Origin: TPA_inf: Saccharomyces
Taxonomy: Eukaryota
DNA: 64,000 nt
Direction of reading: 5' to 3'
NCBI GenBank assembly: GCA_000146045.2
Contig: BK006949.2
Coordinates: forward strand, 576,001 to 640,000
In this document: positions 1-9,585 of the stretch, in pieces
How positions within the stretch are numbered: position 1 is the stretch's first letter
How the letters are laid out: every line of letters begins with the position of its first letter
Program-made: the position numbers and the translations under genes
Notes under the pieces: model-generated
Told to the model about the DNA's origin: nothing
What the model saw: the letters and a program-made list of their open reading frames with translations, nothing else
Databases searched by the model: none

Positions 1-551
1 GATAAAAATTGGATGCTGATAATGGAAAGGAGACATGTACGGTATGTACGGCAAAACCTCGGCGGGTTTTCGCCGCTAGCTCATATATTCTTTCGTTAAA
101 TTTTAAAATTTCTTATTCTAAATCTTCTTTACATGTTTGGAAAGAATTTATTGGAGAGAAAAATCTAGACCTGCCAAGCCGATAAACGAATGCCTGCGAA
201 GAAATAGTGTAAATATTACTCCTGAAGGTAGAGTCATCTAGGCGGAGACGAAAACAAAGTTTAGCTTTTCGTGAAATTGCCCATTTCATGTTTATCAACC
301 ACCAAAGGTTAAATGGAGGTTTGACAAAAGAAATTTTCTTGCTAAAGGTTAGCATTTTTTTTGGAATTTTTTTTCCTTCGACTGGCTGTAGTTGTCCTTC
401 TATATTACGTACAACAAAAACTTTCTTGAATGAAGAATTAGTTCTATCATATAGACCATAAGAAAGAAAACGCACTTGGATAATTTTTAACAAAGAAGAG
501 GGCAAACTGACGCTCACCAAGCTATTGGTTTGTTTGGATCAATCGTCAGAT

Positions 552-1358
552 ATGAAGCCGAACAATCGAACTTGTGATGTAATTACCAACAAAGATGAAT
601 CTCTTCCTGCACTTTTGCTGCCTGCACTGAACAGTTACACCTGTGACGATTCATTGCTAAAAGGACAAATTTCAAGCAATGGCAGATATCAACCATTCGG
701 GTTTTCTGATTGCTCTTTACTGCCAAAGCGTTTAAACATTCAGGCAGGGCAAGGATCTATGCCAGTTTCTTCGATTCAATGTGCAGACCACAGTTATAGT
801 AATTGGCAAAAAGAATCCGAAAAGACTAAGCTTCCCAAGCTTGGTTGCCCAACAGAGTACACTGAATACTATAAAACTGTTTCTTCCGGCGAAACAACCG
901 ATTCAGCGGTTGTTTCATCTATAGCAACGAACAGACTCAAAAGAAAACGTCAGAGGGACGGCCCAAGTTGTGACTCTTGTAGGATAAAGAAAATAAAATG
1001 CAATGCAACAATCATTATCTTTTTACAGGATAGGAACCTAATTTCATCAATTTCTTCAAATTTGCATTATACACTTTCCCAAGACGACATAAACCAGTTT
1101 CGAATGAAGTTTTTCAGGAAACTGCCTGACGTGATGGGCACATATGAAGTCATAAAACACCTTGATAAAATAGTCCTTTTCAAAGCCTGCACCTCTTGCA
1201 GTAGAAGAAACCAAAAAAATGGAAAGTGTCTTTTTTCGAGAGGATTTACAAAATCTGATATGAACGTATTTCCCAAGATAAATAGTAAACTTAAAGACAA
1301 AAGTATCTTCGAGATGACTGTCGATGATTATGTTGCCGCTGGCTTCCAAACCCTTTAG
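552..1358 (+). CDS. SUT2: SUT2 (YPR009W), sterol-uptake Zn2Cys6-type transcription factor, 268 aa
   Basis: Track ORF 525..1358 starts at TTG. The first ATG is at 552 (MKPNNRTCD...), giving 268 aa. It contains CDSCRIKKIKC (CX2CX6C) and a distal CTSCSRRNQKNGKC half-cluster. Gene order upstream of RPA135 matches chrXVI. Confidence 0.85.
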   Translation: MKPNNRTCDVITNKDESLPALLLPALNSYTCDDSLLKGQISSNGRYQPFGFSDCSLLPKRLNIQAGQGSMPVSSIQCADHSYSNWQKESEKTKLPKLGCPTEYTEYYKTVSSGETTDSAVVSSIATNRLKRKRQRDGPSCDSCRIKKIKCNATIIIFLQDRNLISSISSNLHYTLSQDDINQFRMKFFRKLPDVMGTYEVIKHLDKIVLFKACTSCSRRNQKNGKCLFSRGFTKSDMNVFPKINSKLKDKSIFEMTVDDYVAAGFQTL

Positions 1359-1584
1359 GTTTCATGCATGTAATTTCCTCCTATGTAAAATATAGGAATA
1401 TTAATAAAACGCACCAATAATAAGTTAGATATTTTTCTGCAAGATATAAATTTGTTTACTCATACATATATATTCTATTGCGGGGCGCTCTTGTATAAGT
1501 AATTCAATAAAAAACCTCTATATGATACAATTGACCAAGCCTTCATTTACCATTCTATATCAATTTGGAAAGAAGGGTATTTCT

Positions 1585-4500
1585 CTATTTGGGCTCTACA
1601 TTATAACGCAATCTTATACCCATTGCGGATAGCTCAGAGTCCAAGTACTTCAACACAAATGGTATGGCCACCGTAGTTGTTTCATTACCACCAACAAATT
1701 TGTTACCTTGTCCATCTTCCCAAATTTGAGAGTCGTCAATAAAAATTTTCTCTCCATCTTCTGATTTAGTCAATAGCTTCTTTGCATCTTCGAATCTCAT
1801 GGAACAACGACGGCAACAAACGGTGGAAATCGAACCAATTCTTGGCACACTCTGTTGCGTGGTCAAAATAGAACCACACTCGCGACATACGGATGCCTGT
1901 GTGTAGTCTGATGAATTTAGCAGACGATCTTGTAATAGAAAAGATGTACCATGCCCAATCAAAGCATCTCTTTCCATTTCACCGACACGAATACCACCAT
2001 GTCTCTTTCTACCTTTGACAGGCTGCATAGTCAAACTATTCACAGGACCAGTGGAACGAACTTGGAACTTGTCATTGACCATATGACGTAATCTTTGGTA
2101 GTAGACAACACCAACATAAATATCTGCCCTTAATTCTTCACCAGTAGCACCTGAGTACATTGGCTCATTACCATGGTAGTTGTAACCCGCCTTCGCTAGT
2201 TGCTCACCAAAGTAATCGGCTGGGGTATCGTCCTCGTTAAAGATCCAAGGTGTAGAGTCCTGTGCAATACCATGCAATGCCCCCGCTTTACCTGCTAAAG
2301 ATTCGACGAACATACCAATGGTCATACGCGAAGGGAAAGCATGAGGGTTAATGATGATGTCTGGTTGGATACCTGTTTCGCTAAAAGGCATATCAATGGT
2401 TGGCCATTTTCTTGAACAAACACCTTTTTGACCGTGTCTAGAAGAAAATTTATCACCAATTTGAGGCGTTCTTCTAATACGATATTTTATGCTAACAGTT
2501 TGTAGTTCTTGGAACTTATTGGATTCATCACCGATTAAATTTACCTCTTCGATATATGCTGGTTCAGAGGAGTGATATGTCTTGATTTTGGTCTTATTTA
2601 AAGTATCGTCAAAGTATGCGCAGATTGGATCACCCTCTTCAACATAAGTGCCAATGTATGGCAAACCATCCTCGTCTAATTTCTCAAGCCACTCCTTTGG
2701 CCATTCGTCATTCCCGAAACCAAAATGCTGTGTAATTGGGTCACCACGGTTTCTGTTAAGTGCTAAATCCACTTTCTCAGTCTTATACATAGTACCATAA
2801 CCGAAACCTCTTTCATCTGCTGATTTGTTTATAATCATTGCATCATCCATATCATAACCAGTATACGAGATGACCGCAACAACAGCATTAAACCCGTTTG
2901 GAAAGTTATCCATGCCATAATCATCATATAAATTAGCTTTTACGATAGGCGTTTGACCTGTTTGCAACCTATACAGCTTATTGTCGGAACGATGGCACAA
3001 AGCTACACCCGGAGTACCCATTGTTTGTTTACCCATCTGACATTGATACATGTTTCTTGGAGACTGGTTGAAATCAGAAAATGGAGTCAAATTAGCCAAA
3101 ATAGAAAGAATATTTGTGGGCGTAAATTCTACGTGTGTATGAACGTTATTTTGAATTTCTTGAGGAGTGACAGCAATGTTCATGTACACTTGCTCAAAAG
3201 GTCCAACAATGTCTTCTTTATCCAAAGGCAGGTAACGAACAGGACGCAGCATCCTAGAATGACCACCAAATAGGTAGAGACCTGGATATTGACCACGAGT
3301 TGAGGGAGGAACATATCCAATTTCTAGATCAATCGGTAACCCAGGCGTCTTGCCTTCAACTTTCCAATATCTCAATGTATCCGCAATGATCTTACCTTGT
3401 TCATGAGAGACCCAGCCAATAATTTTACCATCAATTTGAACACAACACAGAGAAGGACCAGCAGCAAAGGTGTGAGATGCCGGAGCAACACCAAGTGAGT
3501 ATAATATAGAAGGAATTCTTGAGACGTCAGATTGCTGAGTTGATATACGACACTTGTGCGCAAAATGGTTTAATAAACCACAAGGAGAACCATCTGGTGT
3601 ATGAACAGGGCACAGGAATCCCCACGACTCAGGTAGCAACTTTCTGACTGTGGTAGTTTTCAATTGCGCAAAAAAGGAGCCTCTATGAACCATTCTAAAA
3701 TGAGAGATAAAACGGTAGAAGTTAATTTTTTCTGCAACCACAGTATAACCAGAAACTTGTTGTAAATCTAACCCAGACTGGGACACCAGGTTACCAGTTG
3801 ATAAAAAGTATTGCATTTTGGAACCAATGTTTTCATTAACCCTCATTAAAACTCTTGACATGTACCTTTTGTCTTTGAAATTAATGGCCATACCACGGTT
3901 AATATCCATCCTGACTTGAGCAATAATATTCTGTAAGTACTCATCAATCTTTTCTTTTAGGATCATACCATATAAGAAACCACCCAAAAGAACTTCTTGA
4001 TGTTGCGTAGCATCTGGGTTATCTGGAGAACATTCGCCTGCAACCAAGGAATACAACTTTCTGATCATGAACAATAACATTCTGAATTTATCCTGGCTGC
4101 CATCCTTACCCAAATGCACGAGAACGATGCGATCAAGGACTTCTTGTCCGACTTCTAAATCAGATTGATCAGGGGAAGCTTGAAAGACAACACGAAATTT
4201 GTCTCCTAAATATTGCAAGACTTGTGTGCGATTTTGTAAATGAGGATATCTTTTCTTAAAACCACGTAACAGTAATTCTAAACGATCGGTCAAAAAGGAA
4301 TCCTTAACGTCATTACCAATAATACCATCAAAAATTTCCCTATCGCTGGTATGACACAAGGCTTTTAAAATCATAACAACAGGAACTAAATATTCATTTT
4401 TTCTCCAAGAAAATCTAAATGTAACTTGACCGTCATTTAAGTAATGCAAAACATTAGTTTGGGAAGTTTGATCCGGCCTGACAGATCTAATTTGAATACC

Positions 4501-5196
4501 GTAATGAGAATAGGATGCACCCCTGTTAGCGAAGGAAGGTCTGATGATAGCCATAGGATGATTTCTACGTTGCACAATCAGCATTCTAATAAGCTTTTCT
4601 ATACCGTTAACAATGAAATAACCACCTATTTCATCGGATTCTTCCTTGTGTTGTACCAGTTCATATGGTGACATCTTGTTCAAGTGACATCTGTTACTCT
4701 GTAGCATAACTGGTAGACCACCACAATCTCTTACTTCAAATAAGTTCTCCTCGCCATTGTTCACGGACCACTTCAACTTTAAAAGTAATTTACCTCTGTA
4801 AGAAGTAAGCCTTTGTCTTGACTCACTTGGGTAAACTTTTCTCTCTACTGCAGAAGAAACACCATCGTTAGACATTGGCTTCGCAATAGACACTTGTTCC
4901 ACACTAACAGAAAGCTTATTCCCGAGGTATCCGCTGTTGGATATTTCGTCTTCAGAATTGAGTGGTTTTCCATCAAATATAACTTTTTCACCGATGTCTT
5001 TAACACCAAGATTTAACAAACCTCCATCCGGACCTTCTGTTAATGCGTTAAAAGACCCAATATGAGGTTGAACAGCTTCCTGTAATAGTGGAAATGCTGA
5101 TTTATCCTTAGGTGGATTGATGAACCTAGATTCACGTTCTAAGGTACGGAAATCAGCAGTTCTGGCTTGGCCAGGCGGCTTAATCACTTTGCTCAT
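1585..5196 (-). CDS. RPA135: RPA135 (YPR010C), RNA polymerase I second-largest subunit, 1203 aa
   Basis: Full 1203-aa ORF with rpoB/Rpb2-like motifs (GDKF..RHGQKG, GEMERD). C-terminal Zn ribbon CRECGS...CCRRC. The ATG at 5196 was checked on the minus strand (cat at 5194-5196). Confidence 0.95.
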   Translation of the reverse strand: MSKVIKPPGQARTADFRTLERESRFINPPKDKSAFPLLQEAVQPHIGSFNALTEGPDGGLLNLGVKDIGEKVIFDGKPLNSEDEISNSGYLGNKLSVSVEQVSIAKPMSNDGVSSAVERKVYPSESRQRLTSYRGKLLLKLKWSVNNGEENLFEVRDCGGLPVMLQSNRCHLNKMSPYELVQHKEESDEIGGYFIVNGIEKLIRMLIVQRRNHPMAIIRPSFANRGASYSHYGIQIRSVRPDQTSQTNVLHYLNDGQVTFRFSWRKNEYLVPVVMILKALCHTSDREIFDGIIGNDVKDSFLTDRLELLLRGFKKRYPHLQNRTQVLQYLGDKFRVVFQASPDQSDLEVGQEVLDRIVLVHLGKDGSQDKFRMLLFMIRKLYSLVAGECSPDNPDATQHQEVLLGGFLYGMILKEKIDEYLQNIIAQVRMDINRGMAINFKDKRYMSRVLMRVNENIGSKMQYFLSTGNLVSQSGLDLQQVSGYTVVAEKINFYRFISHFRMVHRGSFFAQLKTTTVRKLLPESWGFLCPVHTPDGSPCGLLNHFAHKCRISTQQSDVSRIPSILYSLGVAPASHTFAAGPSLCCVQIDGKIIGWVSHEQGKIIADTLRYWKVEGKTPGLPIDLEIGYVPPSTRGQYPGLYLFGGHSRMLRPVRYLPLDKEDIVGPFEQVYMNIAVTPQEIQNNVHTHVEFTPTNILSILANLTPFSDFNQSPRNMYQCQMGKQTMGTPGVALCHRSDNKLYRLQTGQTPIVKANLYDDYGMDNFPNGFNAVVAVISYTGYDMDDAMIINKSADERGFGYGTMYKTEKVDLALNRNRGDPITQHFGFGNDEWPKEWLEKLDEDGLPYIGTYVEEGDPICAYFDDTLNKTKIKTYHSSEPAYIEEVNLIGDESNKFQELQTVSIKYRIRRTPQIGDKFSSRHGQKGVCSRKWPTIDMPFSETGIQPDIIINPHAFPSRMTIGMFVESLAGKAGALHGIAQDSTPWIFNEDDTPADYFGEQLAKAGYNYHGNEPMYSGATGEELRADIYVGVVYYQRLRHMVNDKFQVRSTGPVNSLTMQPVKGRKRHGGIRVGEMERDALIGHGTSFLLQDRLLNSSDYTQASVCRECGSILTTQQSVPRIGSISTVCCRRCSMRFEDAKKLLTKSEDGEKIFIDDSQIWEDGQGNKFVGGNETTTVAIPFVLKYLDSELSAMGIRLRYNVEPK

Positions 5197-5292
5197 CTCA
5201 CCAAATGCGTAATTCTACGTTTATTTGTCAATATTCTTGAGGAAGACTTGCTTGAATATTACGAGACAGCTGAAGTAAGTTTGAATAATTAA

Positions 5293-5333
5293 GAGATGAG
5301 ATGAGTCTCTAAGATGCGCTTGAAAAATTTTTC
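5293..5333 (-). promoter_or_regulatory. PAC-like (GATGAGATGAG) and RRPE (GAAAAATTTTTC) ribosome-biogenesis promoter motifs upstream of RPA135
   Basis: aagagatgagatgagtct at 5291-5308 and tgaaaaatttttc at 5321-5333 sit about 100-140 bp upstream of the RPA135 ATG. The PAC/RRPE pair is typical of RiBi regulon promoters. Confidence 0.5.
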
Positions 5334-5338
5334 ATACG

Positions 5339-5365
5339 AAAAAAAAAAAAAAAAAAAAAAAAAAA
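5339..5365. repeat. Poly(dA:dT) tract, A27
   Basis: Uninterrupted run of 27 A in the RPA135 5' intergenic region. It is likely a nucleosome-excluding promoter element. Confidence 0.9.
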
Positions 5366-6061
5366 CACTCGCAAGAGTAATCTCAATAATAATTTCCGTC
5401 ATTAGCGATTATAGCATGAAGGGAGGCCGAGAGGCCGCTTCTGCGGTATGATAATTAAGTGGTAGTGCAGAGACTCAAAAGGGCGCTGAGAATCTATTAG
5501 AAATGCCATTAAGTGCTTTGAACTCTTGTAGCATGTCTGCTTCTGTAGATATAACACTCTGATGCAGATTTATGAATAATTTCATCACTCGATGTCATCA
5601 GCGTCTTCCTTCATTTGATGCTTTTTTGAAGTTTTCATGGCATGATTTAGCATTTGAAATATAATGAGAAAAGAGCCCTTTAACTTACAGAAGTAAATGT
5701 ACAAAACTTAATCGGAGGAAGAAGCTTAAACATACAAAAACAACAGCAGGATGACTACAAAGAAGCCGTTAAACAAATCTTTTTGTCTCCGTTACTAATT
5801 CACTAATATAGTAATTTTGCTAACCTCTATCGTCATTGAAACTGATTTGTCCTCGAGAAGGCAACAATCAAACTGCAAAAGAAACGTAAAGCAACGACTT
5901 GAACAAGTAATCGCTAACCACATATTGAGATAAGCAGATAATCGCTGTTAAACGTCGTTGATACAGTCAGTCAATATGAATAGTGTAGTATTTTATCGTT
6001 AGGTTCACCTTCCAAATATTCGTTAGATAAAGATGTTTCGGTTTTTTATTTCAACAAAAGA

Positions 6062-6134
6062 GCCTTGTTGGCGCAATCGGTAGCGCGTATGACTCTTAAT
6101 CATAAGGTTAGGGGTTCGAGCCCCCTACAGGGCT
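6062..6134 (+). tRNA. tK(CUU)P: tRNA-Lys (anticodon CUU), tK(CUU), 73 nt, no intron
   Basis: GCCTTGTTGGCGCAATCGGTAGCGCGTATGACTCTTAATCATAAGGTTAGGGGTTCGAGCCCCCTACAGGGCT. A box TGGCGCAATCGG, B box GGTTCGAGCCC. The anticodon CTT lies in the loop gactCTTaatc. Confidence 0.95.
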
Positions 6135-6137
6135 TTC

Positions 6138-6143
6138 TTTTTT
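6138..6143 (+). terminator. Pol III terminator T-run after tK(CUU)
   Basis: TTTCTTTTTT lies immediately 3' of the tRNA. The run of 6 T is at 6138-6143. Confidence 0.7.
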
Positions 6144-6372
6144 ATTGCATGGTCTATCATCAGGTTCCCTTAACCGCTGCCAAGAAAGAGCACGTGTAAA
6201 AATGGAATGATTATACATCAATTAAACATATAGTCATGGTGGTGTTGACATGTATATAATATACATTAGTTTTGTCATATTTGAAGAATAAATAATATTT
6301 CGATTTGTTCCCGACAATTATTGAAAATGTTTTAAGTGTAGATATTAATATAACAAATCATCAACATGGTTT

Positions 6373-6734
6373 TTAATCCTTATCTTTGGCAAGGACTTCA
6401 TCTAAACTAGATAATTCTGGGTTACCTGTCAATCTCAAAGTCTCGTCAGTTCTTAATTTCTTATATGTGAAGTATGTCCCAGAGCATAAAGCTACACCAA
6501 CAGCGAGAAATAACGGTGTTAATTCGACGGGTATTTTGTAGCCACCAGATGTTTTTTTCTAGTTTTTTGTTAGTATAATACTCTATAATCTTGTAGTTAG
6601 CATTCATAATCAACATAATTGTTTTCTTAGAAAGCATCAAGTCAGAATGAACGCATGATTATCCGTTTGTCACAATAAAAAGAAAATATCCCTTAACATA
6701 CAGCTGTATTCAACAGTAACTGTGCTGGTCTCAT
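6373..6734 (-). CDS. YPR010C-A: YPR010C-A (I believe named MIN8): spliced small mitochondrial membrane protein of 72 aa, complement(join(6373..6558,6702..6734))
   Basis: Minus strand. Exon 1 is ATGAGACCAGCACAGTTACTGTTGAATACAGCT ([11 protein letters not shown]), followed by GTATGT. The TACTAAC branch point is the complement of gttagta at 6569-6575. The 3' splice site is TAG at 6561-6559. Exon 2 runs AAAAAAACATCTGGTGGC... ([61 protein letters not shown]) to the TAA stop. It has one predicted TM helix. It is not in the ORF track because each exon is shorter than 60 codons. Confidence 0.85.
6559..6701 (-). other. YPR010C-A: Intron of YPR010C-A (143 nt; GTATGT...TACTAAC...TAG)
   Basis: Canonical yeast 5' splice site, branch point and 3' splice site were read on the minus strand. 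Splicing restores the reading frame between the exons. Confidence 0.8.
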
Positions 6735-7061
6735 TTTTCTATATTTTTCTTTTTTTAAAGTATTGTCAGAAGTCGTTCAGGAAACTACCAAAATTAAATA
6801 AGTCTCAAAACAAAGTTAGCTTATACTGGTATGGGAAGAGTTATAGTTGCTTTTGAGGAGATGGCGATGCCTTTAAAGTCTGTTCTCATGCTCATCATAA
6901 AGTACGGGAAATCCCCCGCTTTGTACGATATGATTGGCCCATACTGCAAGACCGATATAAAGAAAAATAGACAAGTTAATGCTATATACAGGATGTCGTT
7001 CTTCAGCGGAGGGATCGCGTCATTACTTGGTTTTCGCTGACCCAAGCCTGTCACCTCAAGC

Positions 7062-8042
7062 TCACCAATTTCTTACAGAATCACATACAACTTCGTAAAC
7101 TAGCCAACTCACTGCAGTTGAAGGAACAACTTTAAAAAGGTTTGCAGCTAAGCCTTTGTAGTAACCGCTAACGCCTTCTGCTCTGCCGATTGTCACGAGC
7201 GCATCCCAGACACTCGTGTATCTAAATCCCAGTTCATTTCCGCCCATTGCGAGAACTTGAAATCTTCTTCTTAGCAGATCAAAGGGATAAGTGATTGTTT
7301 GCGCAACCCCTCCACTTATGGCGCCAATTGTTAATTTATAGAGGTTACTTTTCCAGGAAGGCTGAGCATCGGAGGAATTGACACCGAATTCTCTCAATTG
7401 TTCGTAAACTGCAAAGTTTAGTGCTACATATGGAACAACACCAAGACTCGTTGGCCATACACCCCTATATAATCCCCTGAGACCGCCTTCGAGTCTGTAA
7501 GTTTCGCTTAGTAATTGCCAGATCCCCGGAGGCTTTGATATACTTTTTGCCTTTGAGCGGTTTAAACTGCTCAAATTTGCTGTCTGAATCGATAGTCTTG
7601 TTTTGATCAAGTCCAACGGGTAAGTAGCCACCACACTACAACCACCACACAATGCACCACTGAATAGTCTTTGGGTGTTCGTTAGTTGTTCTTGTCCATT
7701 ATTGCCATTTACATGGAATAACTTTTTCTTACAAGCTTCGTATACTACAAACTGGACTGCACTATAGGGAAAAATTCTTATGCAGTTCAAACCATTTCCT
7801 CTGAATAAACCTTTGGTTCCCTCCTCATGGTAAACCTGCCGTATAGAGCTAAAGATACCTCGGTTATAAGAAGTGGTTGAACTTTGAACTTGCAGCAGTA
7901 TTTTAACTCTCTCAAAAGGTGAAACAACGGTTCGGGAAACCGCGCCAGCTACTCCACCAGCTAGAAACGCAATATTTGAATCCTGCTTGAGAAAATCTTT
8001 AATTGAGTTCGGCTGCTCGAGGACGGTCAGTACTTCTGCCAT
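7062..8042 (-). CDS. YPR011C: YPR011C, mitochondrial carrier family protein (three Mito_carr repeats), 326 aa
   Basis: Track ORF is 363 aa. The first ATG at 8042 (MAEVLTVLEQ...) gives 326 aa. It has a tripartite carrier repeat with PFERVK, PLDLIKTRL and PFDLLRRRFQ signatures. Confidence 0.9.
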   Translation of the reverse strand: MAEVLTVLEQPNSIKDFLKQDSNIAFLAGGVAGAVSRTVVSPFERVKILLQVQSSTTSYNRGIFSSIRQVYHEEGTKGLFRGNGLNCIRIFPYSAVQFVVYEACKKKLFHVNGNNGQEQLTNTQRLFSGALCGGCSVVATYPLDLIKTRLSIQTANLSSLNRSKAKSISKPPGIWQLLSETYRLEGGLRGLYRGVWPTSLGVVPYVALNFAVYEQLREFGVNSSDAQPSWKSNLYKLTIGAISGGVAQTITYPFDLLRRRFQVLAMGGNELGFRYTSVWDALVTIGRAEGVSGYYKGLAANLFKVVPSTAVSWLVYEVVCDSVRNW

Positions 8043-8631
8043 GTTAGCGAAATAACGATTAAAAAATTTGAAAGTCAATACTATGAAACAAGGAAACGAG
8101 CAACTTGGTATACTTCCCTCACCTTTGTTAAATTCACTTGGCCTTACTGGCAATCATAATCATTTTGACGAACTGCGGACATCGAGAGTACCCTGCAAAT
8201 ATATCTAGAAAAAGAGGTAAAAAAATATTGAAGGGTCAACCTGAAAAAAATTGAAAAGTGAAAATAGATCTGCTGATAAATAATGCACGGCTTGCATCAA
8301 GTGATCACATGGAACTTTCCCAATACCTCAACTACGCATTTTCCCTTGCATATTATATCATCATCCATCTTCTTTGCCTCTCATATATTTACGAAATAAT
8401 ACATAAACATAAAAACGTCTTTGTGCGTCCAAGTAAACTTGAAGACGCACTCCCGTTATATAAAACTGGGAAGAACACTAACAAAGAAGGTGACTTGCGC
8501 TTAATTAGTTTTATTCCCTTGCTTCTAAAGTCCGTAAAACATTCTATTAGAGTCTATACATAGTTTTGCCTTACCTTTGAATATGAGTTCTAAAAATTCC
8601 ATTGCAATAAAGCTTTCCGTTCCTATTGTTT

Positions 8632-9585
8632 CTATGTAGTGTTTAAGACTTTGTTTCTTTTCCTTTCATGGCTTTTCAAATGTCTCAGCATATTGCTTTT
8701 CACATTGAAGGATTTTGTGCAACCCTCCCAAGTACATTTGAAAGGAGTATCTCCCGTATGAATTAAGTAATGTGTCTTCAGCGTTGAGGGCCTCGAACAA
8801 ATTTTTCCACATACTGGGCACTGCTTTCTCAGCTTTGTGGATGATATTCGGGTGTCAGTTTTCCAATCAGAAAATGTTGCTGAACCGTTCAACACGGCAC
8901 CAGGTTCGCTTTTTGTTCTGCCGTTACTGGCTTCCTGCATGGTTGGAAGTACGCCATACCCAGGTGGGACTGATTTTGGCCTATCGTGGCATAGCTCTAA
9001 GGCAGCGTTTGGGTGACTCGCCATTGATATTGCAGTGAAGTTAGGTTCGGAGGCAATTGTTATTGGTTCTTTGTCGTATGGTGTCAATGGTTTATATACT
9101 GTTGGGACCATGACTGGCATCATCAAGGGAGCAGAGGAGGTCAAATGAGGAGACTGGCTATGTGGTATTGGTTGCTGACTTTCCGTATAGTAGATAGGAT
9201 ATTGATCAGATGTTGCGTTCATGGAAATTGGGGTGTAGATCTCATTAACAATGGGTACAACATTCATGCTTTGATAAACTTGCTGTGGAGGGAATTGAAC
9301 CCTTGAATCTACGTTAGGTGGTGTATTATTTTCAAAATTAGGCAAAAGGGATGAAATTGGTGGTAAGTTTATTTTCGTACTATTATAACATTCCCGTTCA
9401 TTTTTGTAGCTATTGTGGCCATAAAATTGAGTCCCCTTACCAGTGCTCAGCTGATCAACTGCGGACACTTGAAGGGGGAGGTTCGATTTATAATTGACTG
9501 TACACATTCCTATATTAGGAGATCTTGACTTGTCTGTATATGATGATTGTTTTTCTGAACTTTGCTTTGAAAGGGAAAAATTCAT
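8632..9585 (-). CDS. CMR3: CMR3 (YPR013C), C2H2 zinc-finger protein, 317 aa
   Basis: ATG verified at 9585. The C-terminus has two C2H2 fingers: CPVCGKICSRPSTLKTHYLIH and FKCTWEGCTKSFNVKSNMLRHLKSH. Confidence 0.9.
   Translation of the reverse strand: MNFSLSKQSSEKQSSYTDKSRSPNIGMCTVNYKSNLPLQVSAVDQLSTGKGTQFYGHNSYKNERECYNSTKINLPPISSLLPNFENNTPPNVDSRVQFPPQQVYQSMNVVPIVNEIYTPISMNATSDQYPIYYTESQQPIPHSQSPHLTSSAPLMMPVMVPTVYKPLTPYDKEPITIASEPNFTAISMASHPNAALELCHDRPKSVPPGYGVLPTMQEASNGRTKSEPGAVLNGSATFSDWKTDTRISSTKLRKQCPVCGKICSRPSTLKTHYLIHTGDTPFKCTWEGCTKSFNVKSNMLRHLKSHERKRNKVLNTT

Noticed and set aside
113-520. 135-aa minus-strand ORF upstream of SUT2
   Set aside because: It lies in the promoter region with low-complexity composition and no recognisable domain. 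The track evidently accepts non-ATG starts. It is most likely a chance open frame in the SUT2 promoter.
525-551. N-terminal extensions implied by track ORF starts (SUT2 at 525, SDD4 at 31321)
   Set aside because: The starts at 525 and 31319-31321 are TTG, not ATG. The first ATGs (552 and 31312) give the known protein lengths, so I trimmed these genes to the first ATG. RLF2, YPR011C, AGC1 and EAF3 were likewise trimmed to internal ATGs matching the known lengths.
2953-4671. Antisense small ORFs within RPA135 (2953..3273, 3372..3563, 4444..4671)
   Set aside because: They are embedded in a highly conserved essential gene on the opposite strand. Chance frames of this size are expected in 3.6 kb.
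5366-6061. Possible snoRNA or other small RNA between RPA135 and tK(CUU)
   Set aside because: No convincing box C/D (RTGATGA...CTGA) with terminal stems and no H/ACA architecture was found. I recall no snoRNA at this locus.
8258-8563. 101-aa plus-strand ORF between YPR011C and CMR3 (position of dubious YPR012W)
   Set aside because: AT-rich, no domain, and it overlaps divergent promoter space. It is treated as a dubious ORF and not annotated as a feature.
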